From assembly GCF_009914755.1 (NCBI RefSeq), contig NC_060929.1: DNA of 64,000 nucleotides. One strand, 5' to 3'. This DNA is from the human T2T-CHM13v2.0 reference genome, Homo sapiens. The number at the start of each line of letters is the position of its first letter. Position 1 is the stretch's first letter. Under the pieces are notes generated by a model. The model worked only from the letters and a program-made list of their open reading frames with translations, was not told the origin of the DNA and searched no databases. The position numbers and the translations under genes were made by a program. This document shows, piece by piece, positions 1 to 11,280 of the stretch.

Positions 1-200
1 GCAAATGGAGATTTCAAGCGCTTTGAGGCCAAAGGCAGAAAAGGAAATATCTTCGTATAAAAACTAGACAGAATCATTCTCAGAAAGTGCTCTGCGATGT
101 GTGCGTTCAACTCTCAGAGTTTAACTTTGCTTTTCATTCAGCAGTTTGGAAACACTCTGTTTGTAAAGTCTGCACGTGGATAATTTGACCACTTAGAGGC

Positions 201-217
201 CTTCGTTGGAAACGGGT
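201..217 (+). promoter_or_regulatory. CENP-B box (representative; recurs about every 340 bp across the window)
   Basis: CTTCGTTGGAAACGGGT matches the core nTTCGnnnnAnnCGGGn. Further copies at 541, 881 and onward; the R and S dimers mostly carry the canonical ...CGGGA form. Confidence 0.97.
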
Positions 218-2068
218 TTTTTTCATGTAAGGCTAGACAGAAGAATTCTCAGTAACTTCCTTGTGTTGTGTGTATTCAACTCACAGAGTTGAACGATCCT
301 TTACACAGAGCAGACTTGTAACACTCTTTTTGTGGAATTTGCAAGTGGAGATTTCAGCCGCTATGAAGTCAAATGTAGAAAAGGAAATATCTTCCTATAA
401 AAACTAGACAGAATGATTCTCAGAAACTCCTTTGTGATGTGTGCGTTCAACTCACAGAGTTTAACCTTTCTTTTCATAGAGCAGTTAGGAAACACTCTGT
501 TTGTAAAGTCTGCAAGTGGATATTCAGACCTCTTTGAGGCCTTCGTTGGAAACGGGTTTTTTTCATATAAGGCTAGACAGAAGAATTCCCAGTAACTTCC
601 TTGTGTTGTGTGTGTTCAACTCACAGAGTTGAACTTTGATTTACACAGAGCAGATTTGAAACACTCTTTTTGTGGAATTTGCAAGTGGAGATTTCAAGCG
701 CTTTGAGGCCAAAGGCAGAAAAGGAAATATCTTCGTATAAAAACTAGACAGAATCATTCTCAGAAACTGCTCTGTGATGTGTGCGTTCAACTCTCAGAGT
801 TTAACTTTTCTTTTCATTCAGCAGTTTGGAAACACTCTGTTTCTAAAGTCTGCACGTGGATAATTTGACCACTTAGAGGCCTTCGTTGGAAACGGGTTTT
901 TTTCATGTAAGGCTAGACAGAAGAGTTCTCAGTAACTTCCTTGTGTTGTGTGTATTCAACTCACACAGTTGAACGATCCTTTACAGAGAGCAGACTTGTA
1001 ACACTCTTTTTGTGGAATTTGCAAGTGGAGATTTCAGCCGCTTTGAAGTCAAAGTAGAAAAGGAAATATCTTCCTATAAAAACTAGACAGAATGATTCTC
1101 AGAAACTCCTTTGTGATGTGTGCGTTCAACTCAAAGAGTTTAACCTTTCTTTTCATAGAGCAGTTAGGAAACACTCTGTTTGTAAAGTCTGCAAGTGGAT
1201 ATTCAGACCTCTTTGAGGCCTTCGTTGGAAACGGGTTTTTTTCATATAAGGCTAGACAGAAGAATTCCCAGTAACTTCCTTGTGTTGTGTGTGTTCAACT
1301 CACAGAGTTGAACTTTCATTTACACAGAGCAGATTTGAAACACTCTTTTTGTGGAATTTGCAGGTGGAGATTTCAAGCGCTTTGAGGCCAAAGGCAGTAA
1401 AGGAAATATCTTCGTATAAAAACTAGACAGAATCATTCTCAGAAACTGCTCTGCGATGTGTGCGTTCAACTCTCAGAGTTTAACTTTTCTTTTCATTCAG
1501 CAGTTTGGAAACACTCTGTTTGTAAATTCTGCACGTGGATAATTTGACCACTTAGAGGCCTTCGTTGGAAACGGGTTTTTTTCATGTAAGGCTAGACAGA
1601 AGAATTCTCAGTAACTTCCTTGTGTTGTGTGTATTCAACTCACAGAGTTGAACGATCCTTTACACAGAGCAGACTTGTAACACTCTTTTTGTGGAATTTG
1701 CAAGTGGAGATTTCAGCCGCTTTGAAGTCAAAGGTAGAAAAGGAAATATCTTCCTATAAAAACTAGACAGAATGATTCTCAGAAACTCCTTTGTGATGTG
1801 TGCGTTCAACTCACAGAGTTTAACCTTTCTTTTCATAGAGCAGTTAGGAAACACTCTGTTTGTAAACTCTGCAAGTGGATATTCAGACCTCTTTGAGGCC
1901 TTCGTTGGAAACGGGATTTCTTCATACTGTGCTAGACAGAAGAATTCTCAGTAACTTCCTTGTGTTGTGTGTATTCAACTCACAGAGTTGAACGATCCTT
2001 TACACAGAGCAGACTTGGAACACTCTTTTTGTGGAATTTGCAAGTGGAGATTTCAGCCGCGTTGAGGT

Positions 2069-2085
2069 CAATGGTAGAAAAGGAA
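2069..2085 (+). promoter_or_regulatory. pJalpha/A-box-like site in the A-type monomer (representative)
   Basis: CAATGGTAGAAAAGGAA lies at the position homologous to the CENP-B box in the alternate monomer and resembles the A-box consensus CTAYGGTGRAAAAGGAA. Confidence 0.75.
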
Positions 2086-2710
2086 ATATCTTCGTATAAA
2101 AACTAGACAGAATGATTCTCAGAAACTCCTTTGAGATGTGTGTGTTCAACTCACAGAGTTTAACCTTTCTTTTCATAGAGCAGTTAGGAATCACTCTGTT
2201 TGTAAAGTCTGCAAGTGGATATTGAGACCTCTTTGAGGCCTTCGTTGGAAACGGGTTTTTTTCATATAAGGCTAGACAGAAGAATTCCCAGTAACTTCCT
2301 TGTGTTGTGTGTGTTCAACTCACAGAGTTGAACTTTGATTTACACAGAGCAGATTTGAAACACTCTTTTTGTGGAATTTGCAAGTGGAGATTTCAAGCGC
2401 TTTGAGGCCAAAGGCAGAAAAGGAAATATCTTCGTATAAAAACTAGACAGAATCATTCTCAGAAACTGCTCTGCGATGTGTGCGTTCAACTCTCAGAGTT
2501 TAACTTTTCTTTTCATTCAGCAGTTTGGAAACACTCTGTTTGTAAAGTCTGCACGTGGATATTTTGACCACTTAGAGGCCTTCGTTGGAAACGGGTTTTT
2601 TTCCTGTAAGGCTAGACAGAAGAATTCCCAGTAACTTCCTTGTGTTGTGTACATTCAACTCACAGAGTTGAACGTTCCCTTAGACAGAGCAGATTTGAAA
2701 CACTCTTTTT

Positions 2711-3729
2711 GTGCAATTGGCAAGTGGAGATTTCAAGCGCTTTGAGGTCAATGGCAGAAAAGGGAATATCTTCGTTTCAAAACTGGACAGAATCATTCCC
2801 ACAAACTGCGTTGTGATGTGTTCGTTCAACTCACAGAGTTTAACCTTTCTTTTCATAGAGCAGTTAGGAAACACTCTGTTTGTAAATTCTGTAAGTGGAT
2901 ATTCTGACATCTAGTGGCCTTCGTTGGAAACGGGATTTCTTCATATTCTGCTAGACAGAAGAATTCTCAGAATCTTCCTTGTGTTGTGTGTATTCAACTC
3001 ACAGAGTTGAACGATCCTTTACACAGAGCAGACTTGGAACACTCTTTTTGTGGAATTTGCAAGTGGAGATTTCAGCCGCGTTGAGGTCAATGGTAGAAAA
3101 GGAAATATCTTCGTATAAAAACTAGACAGAATGATTCTTAGAAACTCCTTTGAGATGTGTGCGTTCAACTCACAGAGTTTAACCTTTCTTTTCATAGAGC
3201 AGTTAGGAAACACTCTGCTTGTAAAGTCTGCAAGTGGATATTCAGCCCTCTTTGAGGCCTTCGCTGGAAACGGGTTTTTTTCATATAAGGCTAGACAGCA
3301 GAATTCCCAGTAACTTCCTTGTGTTGTGTGTGTTCAACTCACAGAGTTGAACTTTGATTTACACAGAGCAGATTTGAAACACTCTTTTTTTGGAATTTGC
3401 AAGTGGAGATTTCAAGCGCTTTGAGGCCAAAGGCAGAAAAGGAAATATCTTCGTATAAAAACTAGACAGAATCATTCTCAGAAACTGCTCTGCGATGTGT
3501 GCGTTCAACTCTCAGAGTTTAACTTTTCTTTTCATTCAGCAGTTTGGAAACACTCTGTTTGTAAAGTCTGCACGTGGATATTTTGACCACTTAGAGGCCT
3601 TCGTTGGAAACGGGTTTTTTTCCTGTAAGGCTAGACAGAAGAATTCCCAGTAACTTCCTTGTGTTGTATACATTCAACTCACAGAGTTGAACGTTCCCTT
3701 AGACAGAGCAGATTTGAAACACTCTTTTT
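2711..3729 (+). repeat. 6-mer HOR variant (1019 bp) lacking the S dimer
   Basis: R-associated ORF starts at 2711 and 3730 are 1019 bp apart. The monomer at ~2960-3130 begins R-like (cagaatcttcc) and ends S-like (gacttggaac, cgcgttgagg). Confidence 0.85.
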
Positions 3730-5559
3730 GTGCAATTGGCAAGTGGAGATTTCAAGCGCTTTGAGGTCAATGGCAGAAAAGGAAATATCTTCGTTTCAAA
3801 ACTAGACAGAATCATTCCCACAAACTGCGTTGTGATGTGTTCGTTCAACTCACAGAGTTTAACCTTTCTTTTCATAGAGCAGTTAGGAAACAGTCTGTTT
3901 GAAAATTCTGTAAGTGGATATTCTGACATCTTGTGGCCTTCGTTGGAAACGGGATTTCTTCATATTCTGCTAGACAGAAGAATTCTCAGAATCTTCCTTG
4001 TGTTGTGTGTATTCAACTCACAGAGTTGAACGATAGTTTACACAGAGCAGATTTGAAACACTCATTTGGTGGAATTTGCAAGTGGAGATTTCAGCCGCTT
4101 TGAGGTCAATGGTAGAAAAGGAAATATCTTCGTATAACAACTAGACAGAATGATTCTCAGAAACTTCTTTGTGATGTGTGTGTTCAACTCACAGTGTTTA
4201 ACCTTTCTTTTCATAGAGCAGTTAGGAAACACTGTGTTTTTAAACTCTGCAAGTGGATATTCAGACCTCTTTGAGGCCTTCGTTGGAAACGGGTTTCTTC
4301 ATACTGTGCTAGACAGAAGAATTCTCAGTAACTTCCTTGTGTTGTGTGTATTCAACTCACAGAGTTGAACGATCCTTTACACAGAGCAGACTTGAAACAC
4401 TCTTTTTGTGGAATTTGCAAGTGGAGATTTCAGCCGCGTTGAGGTCAATGGTAGAAAAGGAAATATCTTCCTATAAAAACTAGACAGAATGATTCTCAGA
4501 AACTCCTTTGTGATGTGTGTGTTCAACTCACAGAGTTTAACATTTCTTTTCATAGAGCAGTTAGGAAACACTCTGTTTGTAAAGTCTGCAAGTGGATATT
4601 CAGACCTCTTTGAGGCCTTCGTTGGAAACGGGTTTTTTTCATATAAGGCTAGACAGAAGAATTCCCAGTAACTTCCTTGTGTTGTGTGTGTTCAACTCAC
4701 AGAGTTGAACTTTCATTTACACAGAGCAGATTTGAAACACTCTTTTTGTGGAATTTGCAGGTGGAGATTTCAAGCGCTTTGAGGCCAAAGGCAGAAAAGG
4801 AAATATCTTCGTATAAAAACTAGACAGAATCATTCTCAGAAACTGCTCTGCGATGTGTGCGTTCAACTCTCAGAGTTTAACTTTTCTTATCATTCAGCAG
4901 TTTGGAAACACTCTGTTTGTAAAGTCTGCACGTGGATAATTTGACCACTTAGAGGCCTTCCTTGGAAACGGGTTTTTTTCATGTAAGGCTAGACAGAAGA
5001 ATTCTCAGTAACTTCCTTGTGTTGTGTGTATTCAACTCACAGAGTTGAACGATCCTTTACACAGAGCAGACTTGTAACACTCTTTTTGTGGAATTTGCAA
5101 GTGGAGATTTCAGCCGCTTTGAAGTCAAAGGTAGAAAAGGAAATATCTTCCTATAAAAACTAGACAGAATGATTCTCAGAAACTCCTTTGTGATGTGTAC
5201 GTTCAACTCACAGAGTTTAACCTGTCTTTTCATAGAGCAGTTAGGAAACACTCTGTTTGTAAAGTCTGCAAGTGGATATTGAGACCTCTTTGAGGCCTTC
5301 GTTGGAAACGGGTTTTTTTCATATAAGGCTAGACAGAAGGATTCCCAGTAACTTCCTTGTGTTGTGTGTGTTCAACTCACAGAGTTGAACTTTCATTTAC
5401 AAAGAGCATATTTGAAACACTCTTTTTGTGGAATTTGCAAGTGGAGATTTCAAGCGCTTTGAGGCCAAAGGCAGAAAAGGAAATATCTTCGTATAAAAAC
5501 TAGACAGAATCATTCTCAGAAACTGCTCTGCGATGTGTGCGTTCAACTCTCAGAGTTTA

Positions 5560-8500
5560 ACTTTTCTTTTCATTCAGCAGTTTGGAAACACTCTGTTTCT
5601 AAAGTCTGCACGTGGATATTTTGACCACTTAGAGGCCTTCGTTGGAAACGGGTTTTTTTCCTGTAAGGCTAGACAGAAGAATTCCCAGTAACTTCCTTGT
5701 GTTGTGTACATTCAACTCACAGAGTTGAACGTTCCCTTAGACAGAGCAGATTTGAAACACTCTTTTTGTGCAATTGGCAAGTGGAGATTTCAAGCGCTTT
5801 AAGGTCAATGGCAGAAAAGGAAATATCTTCGTTTCAAAACTAGACAGAATCATTCCCACAAACTGCGTTGTGATGTGTTCGTTCATCTCACAGAGTTTAA
5901 CCTTTCTTTTCATAGAGCAGTTAGGAAACAGTCTGTTTGTAAATTCTGTAAGTGGATATTCTGACATCTTGTGGCCTTCGTTGGAAACGGGATTTCTTCA
6001 TATTCTGCTAGACAGAAGAATTCTCAGAATCTTCCTTGTGTTGTGTGTATTCAACTCACAGAGTTGAACGATGGTTTACACAGAGCAGATTTGAAACACT
6101 CTTTTTGTGGAATTTGCAAGTGGAGATTTCAGCCGCTTTGAGGTCAATGGTAGAAAAGGAAATATCTTCGTATAAAAACTAGACAGAATGATTCTCAGAA
6201 ACTTCTTTGTGATGTGTGCGTTCAACTCACAGAGTTTAACCTTTCTTTTCATAGAGCAGTTAGGAAACACTCTGTTTGTAAACTCTGCAAGTGGATATTC
6301 AGACCTCTTTGAGGCCTTCGTTGGAAACGGGATTTCTTCATACTGTGCTAGACAGAAGAATTCTCAGTAACTTCCTTGTGTTGTGTGTATTCAACTCACA
6401 GAGTTGACCGATCCTTTACACAGAGCAGACTTGTAACACTCTTTTTGTGGAATTTGCAAGTGGAGATTTCAAGCGCTGTGAGGCCAAAGGCAGAAAAGGA
6501 AATATCTTCGTATAAAAACTAGACAGAATCGTTCTCAGAAACTGCTCTGCGATGTGTGCGTTCAACTCTCAGAGTTTAACTTTTCTTTTCATTCAGCAGT
6601 TTGGAAACACTCTGTTTCTAAAGTCTGCACGTGGATAATTTGACCACTTAGAGGCCTTCGTTGGAAACGGGTTTTTTTCATGTAAGGCTAGACAGAAGAA
6701 TTCTCAGTAACTTCCTTGTGTTGTGTGTATTCAACTCACACAGTTGAAGGATCCTTTACACAAAGCAGACTTGTAACACTCTTTTTGTGGAATTTGCAAG
6801 TGGAGATTTCAGCCGCTTTGAAGTCAAATGTAGAAAAGGAAATATCTTCCTATAAAAACTAGACAGAATGATTCTCAGAAACTCCTTTGTGATGTGTGCG
6901 TTCAACTCACAGAGTTTAACCTTTCTTTTCATAGAGCAGTTAGGAAACACTCTGTTTGTAAAGTCTGCAAGTGGATATTCAGACCTGTTTGAGGCCTTCG
7001 TTGGAAACGGGTTTTTTTCATATAAGGCTAGACAGAAGAATTCCCAGTAACTTCCTTGTGTTGTGTGTGTTCAACTCACAGAGTTGAACTTTCATTTACA
7101 CAGAGCAGATTTGAAACACTCTTTTTGTGGAATTTGCAAGTGGAGATTTCAAGCGCTTTGAGGCCAAAGGCAGAAAAGGAAATATCTTCGTATAAAAACT
7201 AGACAGAATCATTCTCAGAAACTGCTCTGTGATGTGTGCGTTCAACTCTCAGAGTTTAACTTTTCTTTTCATTCAGCAGTTTGGAAACACTCTGTTTGTA
7301 AAGTCTGCACGTGGATAATTTGACCACTTAGAGGCCTTCGTTGGAAACGGGTTTTTTTCATGTAAGGCTAGACAGAAGAGTTCTCAGTAACTTCCTTGTG
7401 TTGTGTGTATTCAACTCACACAGTTGAACGATCCTTTACAGAGAGCAGACTTGTAACACTCTTTTTGTGGAATTTGCAAGTGGAGATTTCAGCCGCTTTG
7501 AAGTCAAAGTAGAAAAGGAAATATCTTCCTATAAAAACTAGACAGAATGATTCTCAGAAACTCCTTTGTGATGTGTGCGTTCAACTCACAGAGTTTAACC
7601 TTTCTTTTCATAGAGCAGTTAGGAAACACTCTGTTTGTAAAGTCTGCAAGTGGATATTCAGACCTCTTTGAGGCCTTCGTTGGAAACGGGTTTTTTTCAT
7701 ATAAGGCTAGACAGAAGAATTCCCAGTAACTTCCTTGTGTTGTGTGTGTTCAACTCACAGAGTTGAACTTTCATTTACACAGAGCAGATTTGAAACACTC
7801 TTTTTGTGGAATTTGCAAGTGGAGATTTCAAGCGCTTTGAGGCCAAAGGCAGAAAAGGAAATATCTTCGTATAAAAACTAGACAGAATCATTCCCAAAAA
7901 CTGCGTTGTGATGTGTTCGTTCATCTCACAGAGTTTAACCTTTCTTTTCATAGAGCAGTTAGGAAACACTCTGTTTGTAAATTCTGTAAGTGGATATTCT
8001 GACATCTTGTGGCCTTCGTTGGAAACGGGATTTCTTCATATTCTGCTAGACAGAAGAATTCTCAGAATCTTCCTTGTGTTGTGTGTATTCAACTCACACA
8101 GTTGAACGATGGTTTACACAGAGCAGATTTGAAACACTCTTTTTGTGGAATTTGCAAGTGGAGATTTCAGCCGCTTTGAGGTCAATGGTAGAAAAGGAAA
8201 TATCTTCGTATAAAAACTAGACAGAATGATTCTCAGAAACTTCTTTGTGATGTGTGCGTTCAACTCACAGAGTTTAACCTTTCTTTTCATAGAGCAGTTA
8301 GGAAACACTCTGTTTGTAAACTCTGCAAGTGGATATTCAGACCTCTTTGAGGCCTTCGTTGGAAACGGGATTTCTTCATACTGTGCTAGACAGAAGAATT
8401 CTCAGTAACTTCCTTGTGTTGTGTGTATTCAACTCACAGAGTTGAACGATCCTTTACACAGAGCAGACTTGGAACACTCTTTTTGTGGAATTTGCAAGTG

Positions 8501-11280
8501 GAGATTTCAGCCGCGTTGAGGTCAATGGTAGAAAAGGAAATATCTTCGTATAAAAACTAGACAGAATGATTCTCAGAAACTCCTTTGAGATGTGTGTGTT
8601 CAACTCACAGAGTTTAACCTTTCTTTTCATAGAGCAGTTAGGAATCACTCTGTTTGTAAAGTCTGCAAGTGGATATTCAGCCCTCTTTGAGGCCTTCGTT
8701 GGAAACGGGTTTTTTTCATATAAGGCTAGACAGAAGAATTCCCAGTAACTTCCTTGTGTTGTGTGTGTTCAACTCACAGAGTTGAACTTTCATTTACACA
8801 GAGCAGATTTGAAACACTCTTTTTGTGGAATTTGCAAGTGGAGATTTCAAGCGCTTTGAGGCCAAAGGCAGAAAAGGAAATATCTTCGTATAAAAACTAG
8901 ACAGAATCATTCTCAGAAACTGCTCTGCGATGTGTGCGTTCAACTCTCAGAGTTTAACTTTTCTTTTCATTCAGCAGTTTGGAAACACTCTGTTTCTAAA
9001 GTCTGCACGTGGATATTTTGACCACTTAGAGGCCTTCGTTGGAAACGGGTTTTTTTCCTGTAAGGCTAGACAGAAGAATTCCCAGTAACTTCCTTGTGTT
9101 GTGTACATTCAACTCACAGAGTTGAACGTTCCCTTAGACAGAGCAGATTTGAAACACTCTTTTTGTGCAATTGGCAAGTGGAGATTTCAAGCGCTTTAAG
9201 GTCAATGGCAGAAAAGGAAATATCTTCGTTTCAAAACTAGACAGAATCATTCCCACAAACTGCGTTGTGATGTGTTCGTTCATCTCACAGAGTTTAACCT
9301 TTCTTTTCATAGAGCAGTTAGGAAACAGTCTGTTTGTAAATTCTGTAAGTGGATATTCTGACATCTTGTGGCCTTCGTTGGAAACGGGATTTCTTCATAT
9401 TCTGCTAGACAGAAGAATTCTCAGAATCTTCCTTGTGTTGTGTGTATTCAACTCACAGAGTTGAACGATGGTTTACACAGAGTAGATTTGAAACACTCTT
9501 TTTGTGGAATTTGCAAGTGGAGATTTCAGCCGCTTTGAGGTCAATGGTAGAAAAGGAAATATCTTCGTATAAAAACTAGACAGAATGATTCTCAGAAACT
9601 TCTTTGTGATGTGTGCGTTCAACTCACAGAGTTTAACCTTTCTTTTCATAGAGCAGTTAGGAAACACTCTGTTTGTAAACTCTGCAAGTGGATATTCAGA
9701 CCTCTTTGAGGCCTTCGTTGGAAACGGGATTTCTTCATACTGTGCTAGACAGAAGAATTCTCAGTAACTTCCTTGTGTTGTGTGTATTCAACTCACAGAG
9801 TTGACCGATCCTTTACACAGAGCAGACTTGTAACACTCTTTTTGTGGAATTTGCAAGTGGAGATTTCAAGCGCTGTGAGGCCAAAGGCAGAAAAGGAAAT
9901 ATCTTCGTATAAAAACTAGACAGAATCGTTCTCAGAAACTGCTCTGCGATGTGTGCGTTCAACTCTCAGAGTTTAACTTTTCTTTTCATTCAGCAGTTTG
10001 GAAACACTCTGTTTCTAAAGTCTGCACGTGGATAATTTGACCACTTAGAGGCCTTCGTTGGAAACGGGTTTTTTTCATGTAAGGCTAGACAGAAGAATTC
10101 TCAGTAACTTCCTTGTGTTGTGTGTATTCAACTCACACAGTTGAACGATCCTTTACACAAAGCAGACTTGTAACACTCTTTTTGTGGAATTTGCAAGTGG
10201 AGATTTCAGCCGCTTTGAAGTCAAATGTAGAAAAGGAAATATCTTCCTATAAAAACTAGACAGAATGATTCTCAGAAACTCCTTTGTGATGTGTGCGTTC
10301 AACTCACAGAGTTTAACCTTTCTTTTCATAGAGCAGTTAGGAAACACTCTGTTTGTAAAGTCTGCAAGTGGATATTCAGACCTGTTTGAGGCCTTCGTTG
10401 GAAACGGGTTTTTTTCATATAAGGCTAGACAGAAGAATTCCCAGTAACTTCCTTGTGTTGTGTGTGTTCAACTCACAGAGTTGAACTTTCATTTACACAG
10501 AGCAGATTTGAAACACTCTTTTTGTGGAATTTGCAAGTGGAGATTTCAAGCGCTTTGAGGCCAAAGGCAGAAAAGGAAATATCTTCGTATAAAAACTAGA
10601 CAGAATCATTCTCAGAAACTGCTCTGTGATGTGTGCGTTCAACTCTCAGAGTTTAACTTTTCTTTTCATTCAGCAGTTTGGAAACACTCTGTTTGTAAAG
10701 TCTGCACGTGGATAATTTGACCACTTAGAGGCCTTGGTTGGAAACGGGTTTTTTTCATGTAAGGCTAGACAGAAGAGTTCTCAGTAACTTCCTTGTGTTG
10801 TGTGTATTCAACTCACACAGTTGAACGATCCTTTACAGAGAGCAGACTTGTAACACTCTTTTTGTGGAATTTGCAAGTGGAGATTTCAGCCGCTTTGAAG
10901 TCAAAGTAGAAAAGGAAATATCTTCCTATAAAAACTAGACAGAATGATTCTCAGAAACTCCTTTGTGATGTGTGCGTTCAACTCACAGAGTTTAACCTTT
11001 CTTTTCATAGAGCAGTTAGGAAACACTCTGTTTGTAAAGTCTGCAAGTGGATATTCAGACCTCTTTGAGGCCTTCGTTGGAAACGGGTTTTTTTCATATA
11101 AGGCTAGACAGAAGAATTCCCAGTAACTTCCTTGTGTTGTGTGTGTTCAACTCACAGAGTTGAACTTTCATTTACACAGAGCAGATTTGAAACACTCTTT
11201 TTGTGGAATTTGCAAGTGGAGATTTCAAGCGCTTTGAGGCCAAAGGCAGAAAAGGAAATATCTTCGTATAAAAACTAGAC
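5560..11280 (+). repeat. Local duplication with 3397-bp offset
   Basis: Linked rare variants recur 3397 bp apart: gaccgatcc (~6407/9804), gcgctgtgagg (~6473/9870), aatcgttctc (~6527/9924), cacaaagcag (~6759/10156), gacctgttt (~6982/10379). Confidence 0.88.

Noticed and set aside
173-178. E-box CACGTG in every P/P' dimer and TATAAAA in A-monomers as promoter elements
   Set aside because: These are short motifs inherent to the satellite consensus, with no sequence evidence of promoter function.
213-223. T-runs after the CENP-B box as terminators
   Set aside because: They are part of the monomer variant; there is no upstream GC-rich hairpin or transcription unit.
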